DNA from: Eledone cirrhosa
Lineage: Eukaryota
DNA length: 64,000 bases
Direction: 5' to 3'
Assembly: GCA_964016885.1 (NCBI GenBank)
Contig: OZ024747.1
Coordinates: forward strand, 44,950,001 to 45,014,000
Within the stretch, counting starts at the first letter, position 1, and every line of letters begins with the position of its first letter. Below the pieces are notes generated by a model, which saw only the letters and a list, made by a program, of their open reading frames with translations, had not been told where the DNA came from and did no database searches. Below, piece by piece: positions 38,556-51,347 of this stretch. The translations under genes were made by a program, and so were the position numbers.

Positions 38556-40340
38556 ATCATCATCATCATCATCATCATCACCGTTTTACGTCCGTTCTTC
38601 CATGCTAGCATGGGTTAGACGGGTTATCCTGTTGCGGGCAATGTCTGGTCGGCTGACCATGCCTTGCTCATACAGGAACTGATTTTGGCTTGATTTCTAC
38701 AGCTGGATGTCCTTCCTGACACCAACCTCATTTACAGTGAGTGCTGGGTGCTTTTTTCCGTGGTGCCTACACGTCCACTTTACAGTGTGGGCTGGGTGCT
38801 TTTTTGTCGTGACAACTCCACAACCACCTTGTAGTGGGAGGGTGTGGGGGCATATTGTCTATATGCTTCAGCTTGTACCCATGGGAGGTCGGGTACTCTG
38901 TATAACTGCGTGACGCCAGAGTTCACGGTCATGTATCATCACCTTTGAGAGGTGCAACTGGGTAAGGTTGGCCCCTATCACCTCATCCCAGGTTTTCTTG
39001 GGTCTCCCCACTCCGCGGTTTCCATCGACTTCTACTGCTCTGCACCTTTTTATGCAGCTGTCATCCTTCATATGCATCACATGTCCATACCAATGCAATA
39101 TCCTCTCCTGCACACAGCATTTGATTCCTCTTATGCTCAGTCTCTCTCTCAATTCATTCATGCTTTGTCGTTCGCCTATATTACTATTACACATCCATCG
39201 GAGCATGCAGGCTTCGTTTCTTTCTAATCTACTTAAGTCTTCCATCTTCAGCGCCCAGGTCTCACTACCATGTAACATTGATGTTCGGATACACGCATCA
39301 TACAGTCTGCCTTTCATTTTTAGGGAGAAGCCTTTTGCAGCTAGCAGTAGCAGTAGTTCCCTGAACTTCTTCCATCCCGTTCTTATCCTAGTTATTTACT
39401 TTCTGAACACCCACCTCCACTGCTAATTCGGTCACCTAGGTAGCAGAAGCTGCCTACTGTTTCTACAGAGCCCTCCCAGAGATTGGTGGTACTTGTTTCC
39501 TGTGGCTGCTTGCTGCTTGCTGACTCAGCACAGCTGCTACATGTTAAGCCTACATTCTTAATTAAGCTTCCTGAGATTCCGCTACATCTCTTGTGTACCC
39601 ATTGTTTGCATTTGGGGCAGAGAATGGAGTTCCTACCTACACCTTTCCTACATACTGAGCAAGGCCATTTCCCTGGGGGGATCTGGGTTCAGTTTTCTCA
39701 TCTACTTACAAGGACCTTAGTCTTTGTCATGTTGACTTTGAGACCCTTTCTTTCTAGTCCCTGCTTCCAAGTTTGGAATTTCTTCTCTAGTTCTACCATA
39801 GATTCAGCTATAAGTGTGAGGTCATCTGCATACAGGAGGTCCCATGGGCATCCGGTCTTAAACTCCTCCGTTATTGCCTGCAGGACTATGATGAACAGGA
39901 GGGGGCTAAGAACAGAGCCCTGGTGGACCCCAACCTGTACGCTAAATTCCTCGCTATAATCATTGCTAATCCTAACTTTGCTGACTGCTCCCCTATACAT
40001 GGCTTGTACAGCTTTCACAAGCCATTCATCTACTCCTAGTTTTCTAAGAGCCCACCAGATTATAGCACGGGGAACTCTGTCAAAGGCTTTCTCAAGATCA
40101 ACGAATGCCAGGTAGAGCCGCTTACTTTTAGCTAGGTACTTTTCCTGTAACTGCCTCACAAGGAAGAGGGCATCAGTGGTGCCTCTTCCTGGTACAAACC
40201 CAAATTGCATCTCATTTAGTTTCACCCGGTCCCTAATCAATTGTGTTATAACTCTTTCTTTTACTTTCATGACCTGGTCCATCAGCTTCATACCTCTATA
40301 GTTTCCTCTATCGAGTGCATCACCTTTACCTTTGTAACAT
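38556..40340 (-). pseudogene. 5'-truncated RTE family A copy with frameshifts
   Basis: Highly similar to 15665-17440. ORFs 39698-40372 (YADD) and 38868-39317 belong to it. Confidence 0.95.
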
Positions 40341-41619
40341 ATATACACACACACATTAGATGGTATGTACATATAACAATATACACAGACCTATCCATGC
40401 TTCTAGAAACACGTACAAATAGAGGAAACATATAAACATATAGATAGAACTGTATTAATATACACACCTATATATATTTCAAAATAGGTGAGAAGAAATT
40501 ATGCACAAAGTAATTAGCAGAAAAATCCTCATCATTTAATGTCCATTTTCCCAGCTAGCAATGGCTGGAAGAGTCATCACACATCAATTCCATACTCAAC
40601 TGGTGACTCAGATCTTGCTTACATATAATCCTGTACTTTACACAGTGCACCATGAAATTTACAATGACACCAGCACTATGGAGGTCATCATATCTTTAAC
40701 ACAGCCGAAGCACCCTCTATATACTTTGCAGGCTCAAGACTGATATGGGGGCTAAACAAAAATAAAACTTCTACTTTAACATCAACTAGAATATAAACAA
40801 CATCTTCATCGTCAGTAAATTTGTCGATATGAGACTCTAGACAGTTGCTTGACTTGCTAGAAATAGAAATGAAACCAAGCCTAAATCACAATTTACCATC
40901 ATAAAATAGTAAAGCCATGTTAAACAATGTAGTTCTGAGTCCCCCAAAATATGATGCAATGGTCATCATTTGAGCATAAATCTAATGGTCAATGTTGATC
41001 CAGGACTAAACAACAACATCAACAAAAATAACATACAAAACATCATTATGAAATACAGATCAAGAAAATATTGCATTACATTTCTTGTGTATCTTATCTG
41101 AATATCTATCTAAATAAATTTGCTGCCAAATAATATATTTTAAAAGATTTTTCACACCACTTTACCTATTGATTTAAGTGCATTTTTATTTAAATGTAAG
41201 CAGAACATAGCACTCCACCCTAATAATGATTCAGACTTTTGAGATTTTAAAAGATATATCAACCCTTACATTACCATATTTCTAATGAAATACACTGCCT
41301 GTCTTTCAATTAATTTTGAAAATAAATAAACATATGGAAGAATTTAATAAAATAACTAAGTTTTTCATAAGTAGGCTGCTGTTTAAACATTATTTAAGTA
41401 AAATTTCTAAAATAAAATCAAGATGAAATGTTTTAATAGAAAGATAAACATTTTAAAATAAGCAGTTTTGTATCACAAGTAACAAAAGTACTGAATTTTG
41501 TTAGGTAGAGTGGAATAACTATATTACTTCAAAGCTGAATCTTCATAAGCTATTACTTCCATTCAGTCTCTGTTTCCATTCTTCAGGAGATTATGTATGT
41601 ATATATAATATATATATAT

Positions 41620-42577
41620 ATCATCATCATCATCATCATCATCAGGTTTAGCGTCCGTGTTCCACGCTTGCATGGGTTTGGACGGGGGTTTTCCCACTTG
41701 AGGCAAGAGTGGTTGTCTTGCTCGCATAGGACTGTCTGGCGGGTTTTCTACAGTTGGATGCCCTTCCTAACACCAACCACATTTACAGTGTGGGGCTGGG
41801 AGGTTTTTACCGTGTTGCCTACACGGCCACATTACAGCGTGGACTGTCTGGCGGGTTTTCTACAGCTGGATGCCATTCCTAACACCAACCACATTTACAG
41901 TGTGGGGCTGGGAGGTTTTTACCGTGTTGTCTACACGGCCATATTTACAGCGTGGACTGTGTGTTTTTTTTGTCGTGACACCTACACGATCTCATTTGTT
42001 TCGGCCTGGATGTTGTGGGACCAACATAACTTTACATTGAAAGGGGCGGTGTGGATGGGGTGGAGGTGGTGGGACGGGGGTGTGTTTTGATAGAGATGCC
42101 TACTGACTGTAGTAGGTTTTTACTTTGTATTTAGGTAAGGCGGGTCTTCTCTATTACTGAGTACCGCCAAAGGTCTCGGTCCAGTGACATTGTCTTGGAG
42201 AGGTGTAAGCGTGTGAGGTCGGAATTTATCAGCTCGTCCCATGTTTTTCTGGGTCTGCCTACTCCGTGGCTACCGTCTATCTTTATTGCCCTGCACTTTG
42301 TTATACAGCTGTCGTCTTTCATGCGCATCACGTGACCGTACCAACGTAGCCTTCTCTCGAGTAAACAACATCTGATCCCTCTTATTTCTAATTTTTTCCT
42401 TAGTTCGTTTATGCTTTGCCGTTCACGTATATTACTATTGCACATCCAGCGGAGCATGCAAGCTTCGTTCCTCTCTAGTCTGCGTATATCCTCTGCACAC
42501 AATGCCCAGGTCTCACTGCCATGCAGCATTGCTGTTCGTATGCAGGCATCGTATAACCTGCCTTTCATTTTTATATA

Positions 42578-42608
<31 letters not shown>

Positions 42609-43070
42609 CATCATCATCATCAACGTTTAACGTCTATCTTCCACGCTAGCATGGGTTTAGACGGGAATTGTCCTACTTGAGGCAAGATTGGTCGGGTGAC
42701 CGTGTCTTGCTCATATAAGGCTGTCTGGCAGGTTTTCTATGGCTGGATGCCCTTCCTAACACCAACCACATTTACAGTGTGGAACTGGGAGGTTTCTACC
42801 ATGTTACCTGCATGGCCACATTACAGTGTGGACTGTGTTTTTTTTTGTCGTGACACCTACACGACCTCATTTATTTTGGACTGGATGTTGTGGTACCAAC
42901 ATAACTTTACATCGAAAGGGTGGTGTTGGTGGGTGTGAGGGGTGGGGTGGAGTAGGGGTAGTGGGAAGGGGTATATATTTGGTTAAGAGGTGCCTACTGA
43001 CTGTAGGTTTCGGTTTGTACTGTATACTGCGTAGCGCCAAAGCTCTCGGTCCAGTGACATTGTCTTAGAG
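41620..43070 (-). mobile_element. Two tandem 5'-truncated RTE family C 3' ends (41620-42570 and 42608-43070), separated by (TA)n
   Basis: ORF 42131-42568 reads MKGRLYDAC...[11 protein letters not shown]. The two copies share a 3' UTR and (GAT)n tails, and the first has a ~113 bp internal duplication. Confidence 0.88.
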
Positions 43071-43113
43071 AGTGATACGTATATATATATATATTTATAT
43101 ATATACGTATCAC

Positions 43114-43151
<38 letters not shown>

Positions 43152-43307
43152 CGTATCACTGTATGTGTGTGTATATATATATATATATACACACACATAC
43201 AGTGATACGAAAAGATTTCCTGGTGGAAGTTGAGGTAAACTCTGTGTGTAGATCCAGTTTCAGAGTGAAATTTTAGAGATCCATGTAAGCGTTGATATAT
43301 ATATATG

Positions 43308-43460
43308 TATGTAAAAGGTAGACAGAAATAACAACACAATCAGTACAGTATATGGAGGGAATATATTAGTATAACACTTGGCTATTTCAAGCATTATATT
43401 AATATATTCCTTCCATATACTGTACCGATTATGCTGTTATTTCTGTTTACCTTTTACATA
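43308..43460. repeat. ~72 bp-arm hairpin with a ~7 nt loop
   Basis: TATGTAAAAGGTAGACAGAAATAAC... pairs with ...GTTATTTCTGTTTACCTTTTACATA. Confidence 0.9.
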
Positions 43461-43854
43461 GACACACACGCATGCGCGCGCAGCCACACTTATATATATG
43501 TATTTGCACACTTCAGTTATTAGCATATCTCTTACTATACATCATAATTAATTACCAACATGAGCACTAATTAAATGCAAATTATTATATCAGAATAATA
43601 CTATGAACAAATTGGTATCTACACCCATCAAATACATGTTTCCTTGTGGTTGATTGGATGATATACATATATTCTGATGAGGGTACAATAAAATCAGAAA
43701 ATTATTTAAAGATGTTCGTTATATTTTCAATTTACTGGAAAATTTGTATTTTACTGGGACAAATTAGGTATGTGTATATAATTATACACATTGGTGTAGT
43801 TTCATTACACACTATTTTTATACCCATATAACCTTATCATATATATATATATAC

Positions 43855-44300
43855 ACTCCACCCCAACATACACAATGGTTTTTTAAAACCCACAAGCATG
43901 TACACTTGCTCTCCCCTAGATTATCACACTTACATCCACGCATACACACACACCTAACCTTCTGCCAACTCCACTCGGACTCCATTTTTCCTCTCCCCCC
44001 CCACACCACATGCACCACCACACCCATTTCCTCTCAGATCCATACACCCCTCTCACTTTTCTATAACTTTTATTTTTCACTTCATGTTCCATTTTCAATT
44101 TATTTTTATTACGATTTATCTTGCGAACTCCCTCTTCACTCCTTCTTGGAGTTCCTCTCCCCCACTCTCCCTATGAAGGGCTTATGCCCGAAACGTTTCA
44201 ACCACACACCCCACTCTCACCAAGTATGAAACTAATAATATTTGTAACATTTAATCCTGCATTTGTCTGTTTTTTGTTTTCTGTTACTGCTATTCTGAAC
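43855..44300 (+). mobile_element. Diverged Neptune-like PLE 3' end with a damaged hammerhead
   Basis: CTATGAAGGGCTTATGCCCGAAACGTT at 44171-44197 (G5 missing) and CCCCACTCTCA..AACTAATAA are shared with 33075-33205. Flanked by (TA)n. Confidence 0.75.
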
Positions 44301-44310
44301 TATATATATC

Positions 44311-44386
<76 letters not shown>

Positions 44387-44390
<4 letters not shown>

Positions 44391-44961
44391 TGCAGACTGG
44401 CCAGGTTGCCAGGTTTCCCAATGGCAAGTGGAGCCCATTGTAATATTTTAAGGGCCAATGCTTTGCTTTCAAAAAATATCTTTAAAAAAAGTCTTAAAGA
44501 AAGAATAAAAACTTTTTAAAAATAAATAAAACAATCTATATATACACATGTACACATACACACACTCCCATATATATATATATATATATATATATATTGA
44601 GTGTGAAAGACCATCTTTGGATGGTTATATTTCGCAAAGTACTTTGTATTTTTTATTGGAGAAGGTAAGAACAGTCACTTCTATATATTCACAATTATTT
44701 AAAAATTCAATTATCACATTCTGTATTAACATTTAGTATTACTGTATACTGCCAGTAATATGTACAGTATATATACACTATAATTGGTAAAAGAAATACA
44801 CATTTTTCCTGCAAAAATTTGATTGTACTGTTTTGTTTTCACTTACGTATATTTTGAAAATATTATTTATTCATTATAAAAATTAAATGATAGCATTCTA
44901 TATGTGGGTGAGTCCCCTTTATCTCCTGGCAGCCAATATTTTCAGACCCAGTCTGCCACTG
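44387..44961. mobile_element. hAT-like MITE inserted in (TG)n
   Basis: TIRs CAGTTGCAGACTGG and CCAGTCTGCCACTG. Flanks are TGTGTGTG and TGTGTATG. Confidence 0.65.
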
Positions 44962-44975
44962 TGTGTATGTGTGTA

Positions 44976-45013
<38 letters not shown>

Positions 45014-45813
45014 CTTTCAATGAGTTAGGACTTAAGATCACTATAGCAACCAATCTGTCTTGCATATGAGATCATATGTAAGCAGAATGCAGACCTCCCT
45101 CCCCGGCCTGTTTGGAAGGTCACTAGCCCAATTTCAGTATTTCAGTACAAACTTGGCCTATCTAGACCCATCGAACCCTTGCTAGCAAGGAAAACGGATG
45201 TTAAACAATGATGATCATCAAATTTATACGTTTAGAAAATATATTTGCTTTTATAGTAACAAATTATTTTAACACATTTTTTGAAGGTTATATTTCCTTT
45301 AAATTTTTAAATATTTACAGAACTAGTTATGTTAGATCTTTAAGAAATTTAGCCTATAGGAACAAGAAATTGTATTTTCCTTTGTGATACAGTAATATTT
45401 TCTTTTAATCCTTTATGGACTTTTACCTCATACTTATATTTAAAAAAAATATAATAATAATTTTCTAAATAACGACGATTGAGGGAAAAAATAATTCCAA
45501 TATAAAAATGAATGATTTACACAAGTTTAATAAATATTAAATCTCAGAAAGAAATCAATTAAATCTTTATATATATATATATATATATTTCTTCTATGTA
45601 CTGTTGTTTGTTTTCTTACTTTTGTTATTACTTTTACACACATACACCCACATGCGCATGCACGCACACAATCTTTCTAAAATATATTTGTTTATTTATA
45701 TATTATAATCTCTGCTACATATTAGCAACATAAAGATGGGATCCCCACCTCCATACCTCTCAGAGTGCCTTTAAAGAATATTTTCTTTTCAGCATTCATA
45801 TTCTTTCTTTTTT

Positions 45814-45866
<53 letters not shown>

Positions 45867-46832
45867 ATATGTATGAATGTATGTATGTATGTATGTATGT
45901 ATATACATGCTTATACTTTTTTTAACACATTTCCTGTGTGCTCTGAACTGGCCATTCCTATGTTGTGTATCAGTTATTGGGACTCACCTATTTTGAAAAT
46001 ATGTTTGAATTTTCTTTTACTTCTATTTTATTATACACCTCTCCTAGCTGTTACTCTTTATTATCACTTCATCACATGAGAATTTAGTAATCTGTTTTAT
46101 ATTTTTATTACATTGAAGGTCAATGGTGTGTTATATATATTTTCCCCTTCTCTAATATTTATTTTAATAATCATAGTTATCATCAAGATCATTGAGATGG
46201 TGTGACTGAGTTGGTACTAGAAATTCTACCTGCTCAACAATCTTGAGTTCAAACCCTATGCAGGCATTTCATGATGTTCCTGGGTAGAAAAACCACTTTA
46301 TATTGTCTCTGTTCACCTATTGTTAAGAAATGGATTTGAGATCATGAAATAGACTGGCATCTTATTTGGAACAGTGTCAGGTTCAATTTATTCCATAGCT
46401 TAGAAATGTATAGGAGTTTTATTTACAAACCAATGAGGGAGTCTCTATGTAATTGCTGGACATAACAAAATTAGTAGTCAAATAATCACCACTAACTTTA
46501 AGAAGGAAGCATATATTACACAATATAGTACTAGATATATAAATAGGCAAGTTGGGAATGGTTGGAATGCTTTTGATCAAAGATCTGTTCTGCCAGAGTT
46601 GACTTCAGATTGAAAATCAACAGCACCTGATTCTCTCATCATCATCATCATCGTTATCTTCACTGGTACCAACACCACCTCCTTCTTACACTACCTTACA
46701 CCTGGCATAGATTCATTTCTTTACTAAGAAATCATACTTATTCTAAATGTTTGCTGGGATTTTGATATTTTTCCATTCCAGCCATTTTCTCTTGGTTTCA
46801 GTTTCTAGCAATATTACAATGTGTTTTCTATA

Positions 46833-47049
46833 TTAACCCTTTAGCATATATCTGGCCAGAATTCTCTCACCTCTTTCTGTTCAAAATGGCCATAACTGGC
46901 CACTCATACAGATATTGAGGTATTGTTTTCAGAATAAATAATATCAAAATCTCATAGATTCATTATTATGTAAGATAATTATGTGAGATAAAGCCTTTAC
47001 TCCAAAATACAAAAGTATATATAGATTAATGTAAATGCTAAAGGGTTAA
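46833..47049. mobile_element. piggyBac-like MITE family I
   Basis: TTAA|CCCTTTAGCAT...ATGCTAAAGGG|TTAA. Confidence 0.85.
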
Positions 47050-47461
47050 GGTGAATATGCACATTTCATTGTATTCATCTAGTATTTTACCCTCACATGA
47101 GAATCTGTAGTGACCTCGTCACTCAATATTGAAAGCAATGTTATTGATTTTAACAATTCACAAGAGAGGTAAGCAAATCACGATTAGTTGTAAATAGTAT
47201 GAAACTCAGAATTTCTATCATCATGCCAAGCTGTCAAACAAGCCTTGTGGTTTAATTACAAGGCCTAATTTTACAATGAAGCTAAATATATGTTTATTAA
47301 ATAGAAAAAAAGTCCATATAAATATATATATATAACACAAGCCGAAACTGATTGGTACCGCAGTCTCTATACCTATACTGCATCTCCCCATGCATTGAGT
47401 ACTCCCATGATTAATGGTCTCCCCAGTTTCGGCAGTGCAGACTCACTCTCTCTCTCTTCAT

Positions 47462-47502
<41 letters not shown>

Positions 47503-47964
47503 CATATCAACTAGAAATTGATTGACATATATATATATATATAAAATAAACATATGAAACAATCTCAGGGAATAATTTGTAAAAGTGTGTAAGCACACAT
47601 AGCTATGTAGGTAACTTATTAAAGTTTAACTAGAACTTTAAAAATGGATACTTTATAAATTGATTAATCTTCCTTGTATATATTTCATTAAAGAAATATA
47701 TTTCACCATTAATCGATCGGTAAACCACAGTAGCCAAGTCCCGGATTTTCAACAAGGGAGAAGATCTAACTATCTGAGTTTACACAGCAAATTTAAATCT
47801 ACAAATGACTAACAGCACGTCTTACAGTTTTTAAAAATACACACATCGTACCAGCTTCATCCCAGTGGCGTGAATAGGATTATCGACAACTAGAAATAGC
47901 AGCCAAGTCCTTTCAACTGAGTTAGCTCTACAATTAAGGGATCGTGTATATATCCAAAATTATA

Positions 47965-48037
47965 TTAAGAGTGTCTTGTCAGAGAGACATGCGCCATATC
48001 CACCGTAGAATATGTCTCTCTGACATGACACCCTTAA
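47965..48037. repeat. Short inverted repeat with TTAA ends (possible Kolobok-type micro-MITE)
   Basis: TTAAGAGTGTCTTGTCAGAGAGACAT pairs with ATGTCTCTCTGACATGACACCCTTAA. Confidence 0.6.
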
Positions 48038-48756
48038 GTTCATTTTGGATATATATATACATATATATTTATCATCACCATCATCACCATTTTACATTTA
48101 TTTTCCCTGTTTACATAGGTTAAGTTGCCATGTTCTGAAACTAGACAAGTCAGATGACTATGTCTTGCTTATATGTTCCATTTTGGCATGGTTTCTATGG
48201 CTGGAGGCCCTTTTTAATGCCAACCATTTCATGGCATATACCATCTGACACACACACAAACAAACACAGACACACACAAACAAACACACACACACATATA
48301 TATATATATGGAAAACAGTTTTTCCTTTATATTTTGTTATTAAAGAGGCAGCTATTTCAAGTTCCAATTTCTTTATTAAAACTTTCTCATAATTTCCTAA
48401 GTCCATAATTTAATCAACGTTTCCAGACCTTTACTTTCTCATCATCAAGAGTATTTTTGGTTTATTTTTACTGCCTCTTTTCGTGAAGTTTAATTCAGTT
48501 CTTACTTTGCTACCTTTCTATGGCTTTCTTTCCTGTGAGTGTCTGGAAGCATTAATTAAATTATGGTCTTAGGAACTTTGTCATTCTAAATGAACTGTAG
48601 AGGCCTTATTAGACAATGTTCTAATAAGAGAAACCAAAACTTGTCATATATATAAAAACCTGGCATTTCGAGCCACTTTTTCCCATAAAAAACAGAATTA
48701 ACATTCAAAGACCAACCAGATGTGAGAAAAACCACAGACCCTCCATCTCAATTCTA

Positions 48757-48792
48757 CTTTTGAAAAGCAGAAGAACTGTGAAACCGGTAAAG
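48757..48792 (+). ncRNA. Minimal hammerhead variant with a U3-A8 core
   Basis: CUU-UUGAAAA-GCAG aagaa CUGU-GAAA-CCGG-UA/AAG, with a palindromic ACCGGU stem III. Confidence 0.5.
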
Positions 48793-49052
48793 CAACCAAA
48801 TAAATATATATATTTAAAAAAAAAAAGACTCCAGTGGCATTTTCGATTTTACTTTTTTCCTTATACTTTCACTCGTGTAGGACATCTTGGTTATTTTTCA
48901 TTTTGTTAAAAAAAACCTCACTTTCTAATATATATATATATATATATGAATGTATGTATAGTATATTTGGCAATATACCGTATGTTTAATTAAAAACATT
49001 TTCAAGACCTTGCGCTATCATTTTAAAGTAGTGACTATGTCACTTACTTCTT

Positions 49053-49143
49053 TTTTCGGCAAAGGAAGGGAGAGAAGCTGACAGATTCTGTTTCACACTG
49101 CTGGTGTTCCTCAGAGCAACGTACTCCCCGCCTTTGCCGAAAA
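49053..49143 (-). ncRNA. Full-size type I hammerhead ribozyme
   Basis: UUUUCGGCAAAGG-C-GGGGAG-UAC-GUUGCU-CUGAGGA-ACAC cagca GUGU-GAAA-CAG aau CUG-UC/AGCUUC-U-CUCCCU-U-CCUUUGCCGAAAA. The core is complete, all three stems form, and the GUC site is at 49080. Confidence 0.88.
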
Positions 49144-49223
49144 TTATAGAGGCTGGATTATTATAGAATTCCAGTAATAATCAGGAACTGATTATACAGA
49201 GCGATTGACGGTCCAGCAAAAAT

Positions 49224-49365
49224 CTTCCTACTTTTCAAATGAAAGTAGTGAAAAATAGTGTATTAGTGATATTGTTTAAATAAGTTGTACTATTAACAAT
49301 TCTGCTTACATATTACTAAGTAGCTTTCCACTATTTTTCCCTACTTTCATTTGAAAAGTAGAAAG
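49224..49365. repeat. Inverted repeat with 37 bp arms
   Basis: CTTCCTACTTTTCAAATGAAAGTAGTGAAAAATAGTG pairs with CACTATTTTTCCCTACTTTCATTTGAAAAGTAGAAAG. Confidence 0.85.
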
Positions 49366-49922
49366 AAACCAAATCTTCTGAGAAATAAATATCACAATAC
49401 TAGACATTTAAACCCTCATTCAAATCTTTTGAATATAACCAGAGGATCTAGTTTCCATGTCAACACTTAATAGAAAGCTTAAACGAGGACTTAGTTTGTA
49501 ATGCAATCTTTATGTTACGAGTAACTTGTGAGAGATAAGATGAGATCTTGATTTGTGTATGCCCTGACAGTACTGGTTGTAGATGTGTGGCTACAGGACA
49601 CTTGGATGTATGTCATTCATAATTTTATTGTTTAAATTTTGTATGACCAGTAATTGTTTGTTAAACTTATGAGAACTTATCTTAGATCTAAGTAAAAGTG
49701 TGAGAAGATGTCATGTTATCTCACTTCAAGAGTTACTCATAAAATAAAGATCAAATTTCAAACTGGCAAAATCTCATTTAATCTTTGTGTTTTGTTTTGT
49801 ATGGACCTCAACACATATTAGGATCAGCAATTAAACTTATATATGCTTGGCTTGTATTTGGGCAATCATTAAATGTGTAGAGCAATCACAATGTTTATCT
49901 AATGTTTGAAGGCCTGTTTTGT

Positions 49923-50155
49923 TTAACCCTTTAGCATTTACATTACTCTTTATTTACTGTTGTATTTTCACAGTAAACACTTTAACATAATATCGAATCT
50001 AAGAGATTTTGATATTATTTATTTTGAGAACAATACCATTTATTTTGAGAACAATACCTTAACATAAGTATGAACAACTGGTCATGGCCAGTATGAACAG
50101 AAAGATGTGAGAGAATTCTGGACGGATATGGCCAGTTTAAATGCTAAAGGGTTAA
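49923..50155. mobile_element. piggyBac-like MITE family I
   Basis: TTAA|CCCTTTAGCATTTA...TAAATGCTAAAGGG|TTAA. Confidence 0.88.
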
Positions 50156-50199
50156 TCAAAATCTCAAGATGAAAGTCCATCTTGTCCAATCACAGTTGG

Positions 50200-50385
50200 T
50201 GTATAGACTGAGCCTTTTGTACAGGGAACGAATACCATTAGAGAGGTAGTGACCCTCTTGTATAGTGACTGAGCTCTTTGTGCAGGGACTGAGCCTCTTG
50301 TACAGATACTAAGCCCCTTGGGCAGAGACAGGGAGCTCCTTGTGTAGAGACTGAGCCACTGTGTGGAGAGTAAGCTGACTTGTAA
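50200..50385. repeat. Degenerate ~20 bp minisatellite (GTACAGGGACTGAGCCTCTT-like)
   Basis: GACTGAGC..CTTGT recurs about every 20 bp. Confidence 0.65.
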
Positions 50386-51291
50386 CACATGTCATTTACC
50401 TTCAGCTCTTTGGACACAATGGAATTTTGAGACATTTTATAGAAGGAAAATGCATCTAATGAGCTGTAAAATATGATATATCAAAATATAAGTATATGAT
50501 CATCATCATTTAACATTAAATTTCCCTATTAACAAGAGATGGACAAGTTGTCACAAACCAAGTCAGTGCTCAGTTAGAGCCTCTGATTATGCACTACGGA
50601 ATACACCGTGCATTTTATTGTGGCACCTGCAATAAGGGGTTTGTCATATCTTTGGCATGGTGAGACTTCTCTACCTTTTGCTTGGCAGGCTTTCTAAAAC
50701 TGCATGTTCTTCCTATCACTAACCAGTTTATAGAGTTACTGGGTACATTTTATAATTTCACCAACACTAGAGTGGTTGTCATGTTGTAATTGCATTGTCT
50801 TTTCACCGCTTTTGACATGTTTTCTTTTACGGCGAGAAGGCCTTCCTATTTCCAACCACATTACTGAGTGTGTTGGGACATTATATTGTAACACCAGCAC
50901 TAATGAGATTGTTAATCATTGACAGTCACAAAATGAACAAAAACAAAAATATAAAGAATGAGAGAACTCTTACAGGAATTGAAACCACATTCAGTAGTTT
51001 TAAGTCTAAAAAGCCCATTTTATATTTTCGTTCTCTTGTCATATTTGGAAGTACAATATTTGGTTTTAATGTAAAAACGTGTAAATGTATAAATGCAAAT
51101 ATAAAAAAATATTAGGTCAACAAGTAAGCTGTGTGCATATGCATGTGTATGTGTGTCTGTGTATTTGTTGTAAATTATTTCAATATGAAGTTTAGTATAC
51201 AAATATATTTATATGTCTGCACACTCACACACACATACATATGAATATACATACACATTCATACTGAAATATGTATGCATATATATATTTG

Positions 51292-51337
<46 letters not shown>

Positions 51338-51347
51338 TGAATATATA

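Noticed and set aside
43668-43700. CTGATGAGGGTAC as a hammerhead
   Set aside because: The 3' half of stem II and the GAAA/stem III segment are missing. At most it is a deleted relic.
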